Assembly (NCBI GenBank): GCA_905178155.1
Contig: CAJINV010000007.1
Span: 2,523,151 to 2,587,150, forward strand
Direction: 5' to 3'
Length of the DNA stretch: 64,000 nt
From: Amoebophrya sp. A120
Lineage: Eukaryota; Protista; Dinoflagellata
Below the pieces are notes generated by a model that had not been told where the DNA came from, ran no database searches, and worked only from the letters and a program-made list of their open reading frames with translations. The position numbers and the translations under genes were made by a program. Below, in pieces: positions 25,101 through 37,540 of the stretch (position 1 is the first letter of the stretch; each line of letters opens with the position of its first letter).

Positions 25101-28100
25101 GCTCCTGCTGTTCTTCCGGAAATAAACGGTTCCCTCGCCAACCCGTTCTCGATTTCCTCCGCCGTCGGTAAAATTTCCTCTTCTTCTTGCTTCCGCTGGT
25201 TCAGCACCACAGCCGGTTCCCCGGACCACATGGACGCTTTGAACGCCAGGAAGCCGGAGCCGAGCAAGCGGATCCGATGCTTCTTTTGCCTCTTCGATTC
25301 TTTAACTTCACGTGCTGGGATTTCAGGTAGTAGAGTTTGTTCCAAAACAAAGGGGTCTTCAAACACCCAGGAACCCTTTGTCTGCAGCGCCAGATGGAAT
25401 CGCTGTTTGTGCTGCTGCTGTTCTTCTACTTGCTCGAGTGCTTTATTTTCGTTGTAGAACATCAATGCCGGAGGAGCGGCATGTCGTGTTGCGGTAGCTT
25501 GTTCACCATGATCATCTTCCGCTACTTCGACCGCCCCCACCGTCTTCGTCCTCGTTCCAATTTTTTGTTCCGACTGTTCATCTTCGTCGTAGATTGCTTC
25601 CCTCCTGCTCATCACTTGTTCCAGCCTCTCTCTTACTTTCTTATCCCGCTCCGAAAACTCTACTTCCACTTCCGGATCCCCGATGAACTTCGGGTACATG
25701 CGCGCTGCCCGCATCCCCCCGGCGATGATTCTGTTCATCCGGTCCTGCCAGCTCGGTTTGTGCACGACGCCCCGCATTCCGGACAGCGGATGGTAGATCA
25801 TCGCGTCGGAATGGAGCTCTTTCCGCAAGCGGTTCCGCTCCATCCCCATCTGACACACCGCCTTCAGCATGTTGGCGTCGAAGTAGTAGCCGCAGAAATT
25901 CGACTGAGACCGCACAAACAGCTCCTTCGTGAACGGATCGCACTTCACGGGGGAGACGCAGACGAGCGTTCCGTTCGGGATGTCCCGGCAGTCCCCCGCG
26001 GACAAACACCGCGCTTCGTGGCGCAAGTCCAACAGCGCGCGGTACTCCTTCTTCCTCCGTTTCCACGTCAATTGCTCCAGTGTCAACGGCGGCGGCGATT
26101 CCTTCTTCTCCCCCCGTTTCTTCTGCATCGGCGTCTGCCGCTCCTTCTCCAATTCCCGGGCCCGGTTCTCATCCTGGAGGTCGGTTTCGGTTGTCACTTT
26201 CTGCGAAATCATAAGCGCCGTGGCGAGTTTGGTCCGTAACTTGCCCTTCGCTTTCGACCGCATCGCGAAACCTCCGAGACCACTGGGCGTGGCGGGCGTG
26301 GAAGCAGTAGCAGTTGCGCCTTCGCCAGCAGAATGAGGTGTGAGACTATCGGCGCCAGCTCCTGCAACGGCAGAAGAACTCGAATGTCCACCTTCTTGTT
26401 CTCCTTGTTTCGGCGTGGTTCCCCCAGCGACATCTGACTCCATCCCGGCCCCGCCTGTATCCACTGAAACTAATTTCCTGTACAACATCAATACCCACAT
26501 CATGCGCATTATATGGCGCCTCCGCAAACGGACTGCTCTCGGCCTACCTTACTCGGGATTCCAAAAGCCGCCCGCCTCCAGCTTTAGGCTTAAAAAACCA
26601 GCATCTGTCAATTTCATGCATTTGTTTTATGTTTTATCATTCGTACGTCAGAACCAATCCACGCGGCGTGCGCCGCGTGGGAAAAATTAAAACAACTATT
26701 CAGCGTAGGCCTCATTTTAGTGCCAGTCTGTCCTGAAAAATTTTCGCGCTCGACTTTGTCGGCCCAGTGCCAGTCTGTCCTGAAAAATTTTCGCGCTCGA
26801 CTTTGTCGGCCATAATAAAGTGGCCGCGTTTGGCTTCTCTCGAAGTGGCCAAATTCGGGAGAAGACAAAGACGGCCAGCTTTTGGCTTCGTCTCTGAGGC
26901 CCAGACTAACAAACAAGCAACGGGGTCGCTTCTCGCTTTACAATAGTGGCCAGCAGCTTTGGCGGCTTTTATTTCGGAGGCCCGGCCAGATCATGAGGAA
27001 ACCAGGAAAGTAAGAGCTCGCCTGTTGTCCGCTACCTAGCCAGGCCTCGCTTTTTGCTTTTACAAAAGCGCGCAGCTTTAGTTTCTTGTCAAAGTGCCAG
27101 GCGCTTCTTGAGCGACGGGAATCGAGACAGCACTGCGCGAAGCATCTAAACGCGAACGAGGCCCAGTCGCGCTCTTTCCACCCGGCGCGTTAGTCGAAAA
27201 AAACACTTCTTGGGTTTGCAAGCTTCAAAAAAGCTGCAGAAAACCTTCAGAAGATTTTTGGACCTTCAGAAGAGTCTCAACCTTCAGAAGGCCTTCAGGA
27301 AGGTTTTTTGACCTTCTGAAGGTCAAAAAATAATGCGCCACTTTTCGCAATTTTTTTTGTCAAAAAATGCCAATTTTTTTCATTCGGCCTTCAGAAGGTT
27401 TTCAAATTTCCACCTTCAGAAGATCAAAAACCTTCAGGAAGGTCAAAAATGAACAGCAGAAAAACCTTCAGAAGCTTTTGCGCATCAAAATTCTTCTGAA
27501 GGTTTCAAAAACCTTCAGGAAGGTCAAAAACCTTCAGAAGGTCAGCTTCTGAAGGTGTGAAAAAAAAACTGTTTTCTTTGAAACAGGACCTGAATCCGTT
27601 CCGATTTTATGTCTTTTTCAAAACAGCCATTTTTGAACCTTCAGAAGATTTTTGAATTCTTCTGAAGGTTCTTCTGAAGAATTTTCTTCTGAAGGTTGTG
27701 GTGATTTTTTCCCTTATAGTCCTTCTATTTACTTGCGTGCACTGGTACAAGAACTACGGGAAATTTGTATTGCATAACCCGCTAACGGATGCTCCAGATC
27801 AACACCATCCACGCCCTCCTCGTCGATTAGCCCGGATTCCGCGTCCAAGCTCTATGCATTGCAAAGGTGTCGACCGTACTAGTAAAAAGCGCATCACAAT
27901 AAATTCCAATTCGGCAAAAATGACATTACAAAAGTGGAAGTTGTAGGGCGGATTTGCGTGGTTGAGAAAAAGACTTCCATTTTTTCTTGTTCAGTCCATG
28001 TTTCTGATTTTTGCAACTTCAAAAGTACAACGAGTACGATACTTTCCTTTTTTTGCAAAATGCGTAAATCTTGCAATTCCTCGATTTTCCTATCCTCCTC

Positions 28101-31100
28101 ATCCGGCGTCAACATGGGTTCCCAGACGCGCCAGGCGATCAACCCGCACTCTGCCGTGTAGTACGCTTCGATCACCTGCCTGTGCTGGTTTCGCAGAGTC
28201 CGGCGAAACGTCCCCCGCAGCAGACTGTTGTTCACGACGAGCAGGATCACGAGATCGAAGCTCCACTGGTCGATCAGGCGCAGTTTGTGAGGGGGTAACG
28301 CAGTGAAAGTCGGCTTCACGCGCGGGAGCCACTGTCGGTTGATCAGCTTCTGTCTGATGACGGGGGGATCCGTGTTGCAGACGGTTTCGCTGGTGTGGAT
28401 GCAACCGCCCGCCCACAGGGTCACCAGCATGTAAAAGAGCGTGCTGTAATTTTCGTATGGCGGGAGAAAGAGGCCGCGCGCGTGGGAGCCGTTGACAGCG
28501 GATTTCAGGGCCTTTCTTTTCTCGCCGGGTACTAAGGGTTCTTGATTCGGGTTCTTCATGCTTGTCGTGGTCAGAAGCTTCTTCGGGTCGAGGGCATAAT
28601 TCTTGCGATTCTTGTCCGTTGATGTCATGATCCCCGCCGTTTTTAAATCGACGGGAAACCCGTTCTCATCGTATTCCGTTCTTTCTTCGACGATTTCCGC
28701 TTCTTTCGCTAGCGACTCGGTGTCCTGGCAGGTCTTGTGCAGCCGCAAAGCCCGGACGTGCGGCTGCAAAGTTGCGAAGACCGACTCGAAGCTCCGGACG
28801 AGCGGTCGGCAGAGCGTTTCTTCCCGGGACCTCACCTGGTACTGCAGGAACCACACCGACTCGGGCTCGATCGCCACGCAGCTCGGTTTGAAATAGAGAA
28901 TCGAGCCGTGCTTACAGAGATGGTCCACAGACGTGCACACGGGGACAGTCAGCATCCCCTCCCTGCCGACGTAAACTTCGTCCGTGTACGGGGGGACGAC
29001 GTCAGATACGTCGATCTCGGGCTTTACTGGGATTTCCGGTTGTTCCGGGGGAGGCGTGGCTGCCCCGCCCTTTTTCTTCTTTTTTTTCTTTTTCGGCTTA
29101 CTATCTGATGCTGCTGCCTCGCCATCCGCCGCTTCGCGGCCTTCAGCTCTCGCTGCAGCTTCTGCTGCATTTTTTGGATCTCGATCTGCTGCAGTCATTT
29201 CACCGTCCTCGCCGGAGTTGTTCTCTTGTTCTTTGTTTTCAAGAATGCTAGCGCTGTTCATTCCCGCCGTGTCGATACTCGGCTCCACGGAGTGTGCGAC
29301 TTGCTCGATACTGGGCTCCGGGCCGTCCTGGCTGTCCACGTCGTGGTCCTCATCGTCTTTATTTTCTTCGGCGTCGTCGTCCCCGTCTCCACCGCCCGCA
29401 GCCGCAAAAGCGGCCAACTCCGCATCCAAGTCCTCCTCTTCCTCCGCCTTCACCACGATCGTGGGCGGTTTCGGAATCTCCTGCTCGAACCCCGGCTCCT
29501 TGGGGAAAAAGATCAGCTTCGGCTCCACCTGCGCCACGATTTGCTCAACGAACGTCGCCAGCTTCGCTCTTCGGTCCCGGTCCTTTATCCAGGAAAAAAC
29601 ACCCATCCAAACCCATTTTTGGCATGACATCAAACACTGGAAATTATGCATCTTTCGCATGACAAATTGGATAGAGATGGGTGTTTTTTTCTGGATATCT
29701 TTCTGCCAATCGACACGCCAGAGGTGTGGGAAGCGCCTATCCTTCGCGGCTTTCCGGTGCACCTGTCTAGTTTCGTAGTCCGACTGGTCTTCGTCAGACC
29801 GCATCTTCGCGCCCTCGGAGTCATCCGAGCCGTATTGCTCCTCGTTGTCGGAGGATTCCGTTTCCGAACCGCCGATCAACGCCTGCACCATCTGCGCCGA
29901 CGCCGCCATCTGGTGTTCCACCTGGTCCTCCTGGTGCTGGTGCTTCCTTCTTGTTTTCCCAGAAGATTTGTTTGGCGCGGCCCTAGCGGAGACACCGTTG
30001 ATCCCTGGGGGCGCGCTGGCTTGGTGCGGAGGTTCTTCATCGTCTGCATGAAGATCTTGATCTTCCCCCGCAGCACTTTTCTTCGGCGGCGTCTCCCCAG
30101 ACTGTTTCAAAGCGCGGGCTTTGTCGTCCAGCAGTTTGTTCTGGAATTTCGCGACGTTTCTAGTCTTCGACATGGTGTTGTTGTTGTTTGAGGAAGGACT
30201 TCTACTACTACTAGCAACGCGACCTCCTCCTCCTCCTGCCGTTCCCGGTCTGCTTGGCGCTGCAGAGGAAGACGACGACGTCGTCGCACCACCGCCGCCT
30301 TGCGTAGAAGTGCCATTGTCTTCTCCAGCGGTCGTCGTCCCCCCGTTTCCCTCCTCACTCGCGGCCTCTTCCCCGGGTGATTTCGCTTTGCCGCCGAATA
30401 GCTCATTCCCACCCGGCGCACCTTCGTACACCTTGATTGTCGGGGGACCGTAACTGCCATCGGGCTTCGCTTCCTTCGCCCCGTTGGACCGCGCAGCGAG
30501 CAGCATGTCTCTTCGTTGGTCTTCCCACTTCGATTTCTGCAGTATGGGAGTTGTGCACAACTGTCGTGGAGGTCGTCCCTCTCGCTCTACCCTCATAATT
30601 TGCATGATAGCATGATCTACAAAGAGTTGCAATACAAGCAGCAAAGAACAATGCCAATGCTGCAGCTTCTCCATGACAAACATGCCCGTCGATTGTGTAG
30701 CGCAGTTTCGCTTCACCCAGGGACTTTTGTGCGATGCAAACAGCGCTGCCAAAAGGCTGCAAACTAACAGGCAACGCAAGCCGGTTGGCGGGTATACTTT
30801 GGCTTTGGTATTTACTTTGCATGACAGGTAAGGAGCGAAAGAAAAAACAAAAACGACTCATGCACTCTCATATGCAGTGTCCCGCCCTGCGGCTTGATTC
30901 GCCGGAACCAGCTGTCTAGCATGCGGTCCGGGTCCCGCGCCGCCGCAATGCCCTCCAACTTCGCTGTTTCCGCCGCCTCCCTCTCCGCCGCTTCCCTTGC
31001 AATTCGCCCAGTCGGGTCGTCGAGATCCTCTTGACTCGGCCCGCGGACGATTTCAGTCCCATTATCCTGTGCAGACCCGCCCTTCTTCCCTCTCTTCTTC

Positions 31101-32440
31101 CCCAAACCGAACTTCTTCTTCGAAGCAACTGATCCTGCGTTGCCCAAAGCCGCTTGCCTTCTTTTTTCCTCCGCTGCCGTTGCTTTGTCCATGGCTGTTT
31201 GGATTGCCAAGCTTTGCATCTTCTTTTTCATGTTCTGCACGTCCTCCGCTGCCTTCTCCAGCACCGCGGCGGCAAGCCTCTGCATCTGCGGATTCAGCGC
31301 CGGCGCGGTCTCGTCCCGCAGTCTCGCGATCTCCCAGCCTTCGAGCAATTTTCTTAACTGCCTCCCAAACTTCGTGTCTTGCCCGCCGGGGAGCCTGGTG
31401 AGAAACGTGTTCCGGTGGATGTTGTCTCGCCACTTTTCGTCTTCGGTTTTCCGCGGCCCGTGGATCCGTTGCGCCATGTCCGGCGGCGGCTCCTCTGGAA
31501 CTGGGATCAAGGCGCTGTTCGCCTTATTGCTTTCTTCGGCTTTTTTCTTTTTCGTATCTTCATCTGCTGCTGAAGCAGTAGATGGTCGCACTCCTACTTC
31601 CCCACTGGCTTGCTCCACCGCATTCGCGGCGGCCTCCTGCTCTTCCCTTTCTCGTCTCGAGGGCAGCCTCCGCCCGGTCTCCTCATCGTACTCCGTATCT
31701 TCCGTATCGTTGCCACTGTCGGAAAAAGCGTCGAGGCCGTCGGTTAAGGCAGACAGCCTCTGTATCCCCGTTTGCTTCCTTTTAAACTCTTCGAATTCGC
31801 TACTGTAGATGAACGCCTCTCGGACTTTATGGGAATGTCAGGATCGAAATCGACAAAGTTGAAATTATGATTTGCCATGCATAAAATGGATGCCAGTTGT
31901 GACCCAGTAGTTTCTAAGTGGTTCATGACAAAGTTTTTGGGTACTAGAGCCGCTGCCGCAGTCCAGTTTGTCATGCTGTTTAGGGACAGAACCAGAAGGC
32001 GTCTTTTGTCATGCTACTTTAGCAGCTTTATCGCAGCCCCCAAACAGGCTGACAGTCGGCCTCACTTGCCATCCCTGCAAGAGAGGCACTTCACGCCTTG
32101 CAGTTTATGCACGAGAAATCATCTCAACTTTGTCGATTTCAATCCTGACACATCCATAGACTTCGTCGATGGAATAGTCGGAAAAATCGACGAGAACCGG
32201 GATGAAACCGAAGAAGCTGCAGGCGAGCAGCATCTCCAGAAAGTCGACGCCATTGTTGGACAGGAGTAAAATCCGGTCACCGGGGACCAGAGAATAGAAG
32301 GACTTCAACCCGGCGCCGGCCTTCAAAGCGCGCTCGTGGAGTTCGCCGTAGGTGCGGGTGGTTTCTTTCTCCTTGCTCCATTCCAGGACGGCTAGGCGGT
32401 CTTTCCAGTGGCGGAGGACGGATTCCAGCGTGGCGGTCAT
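19150..32440 (-). CDS. giant (~3,200 aa) protein with a fragmented, degenerate AMP-binding/adenylate-forming (ANL) fold, 11 exons
   Basis: Exons 32440-32159, 31822-30918, 30501-29698, 29580-28067, 27847-27777, 26452-23195, 22918-22734, 22491-21521, 21284-20935, 20584-20173 and 19994-19150 total 9597 nt in one frame; ANL-like motifs occur in canonical order (TYGELHERA, GDRILLL..PVLVD, EAYYTAECG, ELFVRSQSNFCGY, LLGNIDRVI..PAEIE, VEDCVVKGHP..MLPREV..TGEL). Confidence 0.7.
19995..20172. mobile_element. non-canonical intron, probably a decayed introner (178 nt)
   Basis: direct repeat ccaaa; removal joins QNL-GKKRR; TIR barely recognisable. Confidence 0.5.
20585..20934. mobile_element. TIR introner, family C, with internal cargo (350 nt)
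   Basis: TIR tatgcgttgcaaaa / rc tatgcattgtagaa; TSD acagc/agagg; joins HVSS-APVTIQ; contains a ~160-nt segment shared with 44753-44910. Confidence 0.75.
21285..21520. mobile_element. TIR introner, family D (236 nt)
   Basis: TIR tatcgtgagaaaaaagtgcttcgctgtaa / rc tatcgccagaaaaaactgtttcactgtaa; perfect TSD gcttc; joins QWK-RIEM. Confidence 0.88.
22492..22733. mobile_element. TIR introner, family C (242 nt)
   Basis: left end tattctgtgcaaaagtatcgc; perfect TSD tgctc; joins SVLE-QFKQ. Confidence 0.8.
22919..23194. mobile_element. TIR introner, family A (276 nt)
   Basis: ~29-nt TIR tat.aaatg.aaaaatgtctgggtctgga; perfect TSD cttct; joins KEEK-NVEA. Confidence 0.92.
26719..26811. repeat. 47-bp tandem duplication
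   Basis: agtgccagtctgtcctgaaaaattttcgcgctcgactttgtcggcc, two copies. Confidence 0.9.
27230..27700. repeat. cluster of ccttcagaag/cttctgaagg motifs in both orientations
   Basis: many copies of (aa)ccttcag(a/g)ag and its reverse complement separated by A/T tracts. Confidence 0.85.
27848..28066. mobile_element. TIR introner, family C (219 nt)
   Basis: tatgcattgcaaagg / rc tacgcattttgcaaaa...aagtatcg; degenerate TSD; joins ELQD-LDAESG. Confidence 0.65.
29581..29697. mobile_element. short in-frame TIR introner (117 nt, stop-free)
   Basis: 22-nt TIR tatccag.aaaaaacacccatc; TSD tcctt/tcttt; internal gcatgac motifs; lies inside ORF 27894-30779. Confidence 0.85.
30503..30918. mobile_element. degenerate introner (416 nt)
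   Basis: direct repeat (a)gcatg; internal catgaca motifs; joins DRM-LLAARS. Confidence 0.65.
31823..32158. mobile_element. TIR introner, family B (336 nt), inverted relative to the other B copies
   Basis: TIR tatgg...tgtcaggat.gaaatcgacaaagttga; perfect TSD gactt; joins IDEV-REAF. Confidence 0.92.
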
Positions 32441-34126
32441 GATTGTGAAGCGCAATATCGGTATCTAACTGAAGCTCTAGTTGTAGTACTTACATCAATA
32501 TCTACTTCAGTATCGCATTCTCACACGTCCTCACAATCTCCCAGCGGAAGCTTTTGAAACGAAAACAGGCACTGCGTGTGCTTTTCGAATCGGCTGAGTT
32601 TTCAGATTATCATTTGCCCAATCGGTGCTCGCAGCCGCAGGCTTGAGAACGCATAAGCGCGGCTCGTGCTTGCCGACGAGCGATAGGCGAGCGAGTAACT
32701 TTTTTGACGACGAAGAATGCGAAAAAATATATTAACGATATTACAAACGATCACGACGACAACACGATTTGCCGATACACGACCATTCATGAAAGCTAGC
32801 AGGCGATCACGATGACGAAGATTGACATTGATTGCTACTTACTGTATAGAAGTTGAAGTCATCTTCATTAGAAGCTGTAACGATGTCGAAGGAGGTTGCA
32901 TCAGCGCCACTTTCTCAAAACCGACCACTATGCATGTCTTTGGCAGCGCGGCTGCACGGAAAGTACCGCGGCTTTTGCTCCAAATGCAAGTAACAGAAGC
33001 GAGATTGACCTCGTTGGCCATGATTTTGGAACAAGATACTGCAGGAACTAGAAACACCTCCACGTCCGTCGTTCTTACGATAGAAAGATGGGACCTTCCA
33101 GCAGTCGTTTTCAACTCATAGGGGCCGGCGACCATAAACCAAAGGAGGCTCTTGTCGATCGCTGCGACTCTGAGCTGCAATCGCAAACGCAATGATGTAG
33201 TTGATGCATCATTTGACATTGATCTGTTGGAGTAGGAGTAGTCTCTCTACTTCCAAGAAGGCAAGACGAGCAACTGGTGGTGGTGGGCGTGGGAAGCAAG
33301 CTCGTCAGTAGAATGCAGACAATTCTGAAAACATCACTGTCTTTTCTTTTTCCACGGACCTGCTAACAAGATCGAATCAGAGTTGCTTGTTGTCATCCTC
33401 TATTCAAAATAAAAAAGTTCGGGTAAAAGAAAAGGAAAATTTAGGAAAATAGGAGGAGACGACTTTGCGATAAACAAAAGAATCTCACTCGTTAAAAAAG
33501 TTCTCTTCCAAATAGTGCTGCCCAGTTGTAAGTAATGCAGTGCTGGGGCACATACTTCAGTCAGAACGTGAATTTTTCTACATTTTAACCTTCGCTATAT
33601 TATTCACCTGCTTCATTTGTTCAGTTCTGGAATTTTTAGGCTCCTGTGAAACACAAAGAATTCAGAATCCGGGAGACGATGGAAACAAAAAAAATGACTG
33701 ACAATTGTTCACGTAGTGTAAAATCATAAAAGCTCGAAGAAAAAGTCGAAGTTCTCAATCTCGGTGTCAGAATTGATGTCTGGTGAGTTAGAGTTTGCAT
33801 GGCATTTCATCTATCACGACCCAAAGATGGCAATACAAAATTAAAGTTGGGCGCTGAACTTTTTCAAAGAAATTCTTTCAAAACAAAGAAGAGCTCGTCT
33901 GAAGTGAGTATTAACCAATGTTGACGTTGTAAACTCAATATCAACTTGTCCGTTTCCTGTTCAAAACAAATTCGATTAAGATTGAGTAGATTCATCACAT
34001 ATTTATCAAAACTCTATATCGCCTACAGATAATTTGAAATTTTCTCAATTTCAGAGTAACGATTGTTGTCGTGAGAAGATGAAGAAATAGTTGTTGATAG
34101 ACAAAAGCTCCTCACGCTCACCGCCC

Positions 34127-37100
34127 TTACCACCGTGTCGCCTCCGGGCTGCGGTTCCCGTAGACATTTCCCCCATCTACCACTTCCGAAGACTCTTCGG
34201 AAGGCAGATAAAATTCACCAGACCCGCCGCGCTGACCCGCCAAGCGCCCGCGCACCGGTTCCGCTAATCCTAATGGCGAGTGCAGCGTCGGGATTTGCTC
34301 GACCGCAGGATAGACGACGTTCTTATCTACTTCATCTTCGTGTGGAAAGCGGGAAAACGAGTCGTTTTTGCTGCTGCTGCTCCTGCTGATTTCGTTGTCC
34401 TCGGCATCGTCCTGATCTTCCGCTTTATCCTCTTCCATTGCAGCAGCTGTTTGCTTACGGGGGAGCTGGGCACTGAAAGATTCGTAGTCCCTGTTCACAC
34501 CGAATGCGTCGTCGAACTGCCAGCCGTAGTTAAAGTTGCCACCCGGAGAGGGGACGATCGGCGGGATCACCTTTATTTCCGGAGTGGAGGACTCGCTGTT
34601 CATCTTATCGACGTGGCTAGTGGTACAACTGTTCTTCTTTTCGTTGGCGAAGATCTCGCTTCGATGATCCACCTCCACCTCCTCCGATTTGTTCGTAGTA
34701 ACACGACCAGGACCTCCACCAGTGCCGGTCGATAATCCGGCTCCTTGAGATGTGACGTGCCGGATGAAGCTCCTTCCGGCCCGCGGTCGCCTTCGTTCCC
34801 CAAGTACTTCTCTCTGGAAAAATTCTGCGTTGTAACAGAAGACCCCGGTGGTTGGGGGCGACGGGCTCGAGGAAGCAACCACGGAGCGCGTCGAAAGTTC
34901 CACTCGTCGACCTGGTCGTTCTGCAACTATTTTCGAAGTCGTCAATTCTTGTGCTGGTTCCGCCACGACAATTGGGTCCGGTGTCGCGATAGTGTACTCC
35001 TGCGTCTTCGCCGGAGTGCCAATGTGGTACGTGGTAGAGGAGGACGACGAGGCTGTCCTCGTCGGTGGTCCCGTTGCATCAAGCTTCGGCGGGGCTCGCA
35101 AGTACCTGATGGGTGAAGTCATTCTTGTATTTTGCTCGTGGTAACTGATCAAGAACAAGTTCAACGCTCAGGCAGTGGCAATGGCGACGGCCAGGAGGAT
35201 GAGAGAGGTGTAGTAAAGTGAAGAGATGCTGCCGAAGATGCTGAGTGAACAGGTGTAGGCCTAAAAGAAATAGGGAAGATAGAGATACACATCAAGTGAT
35301 GTTGTCCAACTCTTGCTTACATAGTTCCTACCTTTGCTGATCCGGCGGCGTCAGGCCCCACGTCCGGTGGTGGTGAATTTGCGAGTTCGGGAAGGAACGC
35401 GCCAGTTGCTTTTCACCAGCCGCGACTAGATCCGGACTGCAACTCTCGCTCCCGCCGGTGTCGTCCGGCGACTTAGAGAATGCGGATGGAAGCTGCTTGT
35501 TTGGCGGAAAGGAGTTCGACTTTTCGTTTTGCTGGATTTCATCGCCTACTTCGCCCGTCGAAGAGAATGGGTTCCACCAGTCCCATGGAATTTTTGGCGC
35601 GACTACACCCGCCCCCGGAGATGTTGACGAGGACGAACTCGAGCTGCCACTCACACTGCAGCTGGCAACCTCCAAAGGCATCGTCGTCTCCACCTCCAAC
35701 GAATTAAAATTATCTGGTGCACAACTGGTCATCAACATTTCCCGAGCCCCCGCTGGCGCACCACGACGCGGCACACTGGGCGGCTTCAGATCACTGCGAA
35801 GGAAATTCAAGTTCTGCGGACTGGTCGCCTCGGCAAACCCCGGGATCGGCGGAACCAACATGTGATTTTTATCATTATTTCGGCCTTGTTGCTCAGATGA
35901 TGAAAAGTGCGCATTTATTCCACCACCTCGCGGGCGATTGTTCTGTCCCAAGTACCGCGGGGCGTACAGGGAGCGCGGCGTGTTTCTTCGCTGGCTCTTG
36001 GCCGCGAGGAGATGGCTCTCGTAGCTGCCCCCACCCCGCTGCTGGTGCGGCAGATCGTCACTGGTGAGGGGCAAACTCTGGGTCGCCCGAAACGGCGACT
36101 CGTGTTGATGTGTGCCCTCGCGCTGATGACGGTGTGCGGCGACCGCAACGACCGGCGTGTCGTCCTCGTCCTCCCCTTCTTCGTCGTAAAAATTGGCACT
36201 ATTTCGAGCTTTGTTTTGCACACCAATTGCAATTCCTCCCGCATCGACGTCACTCTCCTCGTCATACTCGTCCTCCTCCACATCAGGACCTTCTTCCTGC
36301 CCGATTGGGGACGACGTGTGGCTCGACCGGGACTCGGAAACTCGCCCCCCCGGCTGCGCCATCCAGAAATTCCGGTAGTTACTGAAAAAAACACCGGCAG
36401 TATAATTTGCGGGGAGAGGAGGAGTGCTGCGGTGATGGGAGATGTTGTAGTGATGCTCCTGTTGATCATTATTTACATCAACTGTGCCGTAAAATTGATG
36501 ATGATCCACGCGCTTCGGCGACTGTGGGTCTTCGTGAACCTCGGACAGGCCGAGAAAAGCTGCGTGGTTGTTGACACAGCAACAGAACTTTTCGATGAAT
36601 AAGCAGCTCGCAGCGGCGGCGACGATGGAAACGAGGATCGTGATAAGGAGCCAAAACCCGAAAACGCCACAGATCTCGATTCCACGAGTGGCGGCCGTGG
36701 CAATGGCCTCGGTGAGACCTTCGCCGGGTCCCATGTTGGTGCGGTTCTGAATGAGTAGGACCTGGTGTAGTTTCGTTAATTATTGCCGCTGAGAGTTTTC
36801 TGAAATGCTTGCAAGCAAGTTCATCAATTTTGAATAACCAAGAAAGATGAAAACTGCATGTTGATCCTATATCGGAACCTCATAGCCACAAAGTATTTTG
36901 CACCTGCTCAAGAACTATCACTGGGCGTAGTTTGAATCGAGTAGACGTTTTTTCTGGTCGGTTTCTGCACCGTTAGCAGGCTCGGTATTCCACCAACCTC
37001 CGACCTTTGATTGTAGAAGTGCTGGGCCGTCAAAATCGCAATGCTGTTCCTCGCAACGATTCCGAAAACGAGCGGCAGCACCATCCAGAGTGATGAAGTC

Positions 37101-37540
37101 CTTGAAGTTGATGTTTCTTGGACCACAACTCTTCAAACCGCGATGCTCCTAATCACTTCGGCGTCACTCAGCGTCACTTCGTGCGGTTGAAAGTTGCTCG
37201 CCGCCGGTACCAGGTGTCGTCGCAACTCCGGACCCGTGCCGGGAAGGACAAAGAGCGCCAAATGAATCTCCGGGGTGAAGTCCGTCAATTCGCAGTACAC
37301 CTGCACCCAGGTTTTGTAGAAGTTGGTGAAGATGATCAGAAAGTAAAGAAACGCAAAAACCTCGCCGACCGGGGAAAGCTCGGGCGTGGCCCTGGCGCTG
37401 CTCACGTTGTCGTAGAGGTGATCGACGTGGTGATATTGTAGTTCCGCCTCTGCTCCTGGTGCTGGACTTGATGCTGGGATCTCGAGCTGATGCTGGATAA
37501 ATGGATGGTATTCAACAGTGTCTAAAACTAAAACGAACAT
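34127..37540 (-). CDS. hypothetical membrane/low-complexity protein(s), structure unresolved
   Basis: minus-strand ORFs 37133-37540, 35328-36734 and 34127-35164 with hydrophobic segments; could be one gene or several. Confidence 0.35.

Larger units (their letters stand above)
26453..27776. mobile_element. expanded TIR introner, family E (1324 nt) containing nested repeats
   Basis: ends tatccactgaaactaatttcctgta / rc tatgcaatacaaatttcccgta; TSD gcctg/acccg; removal joins HPLAG-GAGMES in frame. Confidence 0.65.

Noticed and set aside
26458-28090. Single 1,633-nt intron using a tatcc direct repeat
   Set aside because: In frame, but TIR ends at 27776 and 27853 better support two introners flanking a 71-nt exon.
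16299-31808. Long plus-strand ORFs (e.g. 16432-17253, 25337-26239, 28984-29778)
   Set aside because: Antisense shadows of GC-rich minus-strand exons with no recognisable domains.
31968-32159. Similar short ORFs MSCCLG... at 31968 (+) and 41191 (-) as a small protein family
   Set aside because: They are translations of the interior of family B introners.
35160-35260. Possible stop-codon reassignment (in-frame TGA upstream of ORF 34127-35164)
   Set aside because: The resolved gene models are explained by introns under the standard code; one ambiguous case is insufficient.
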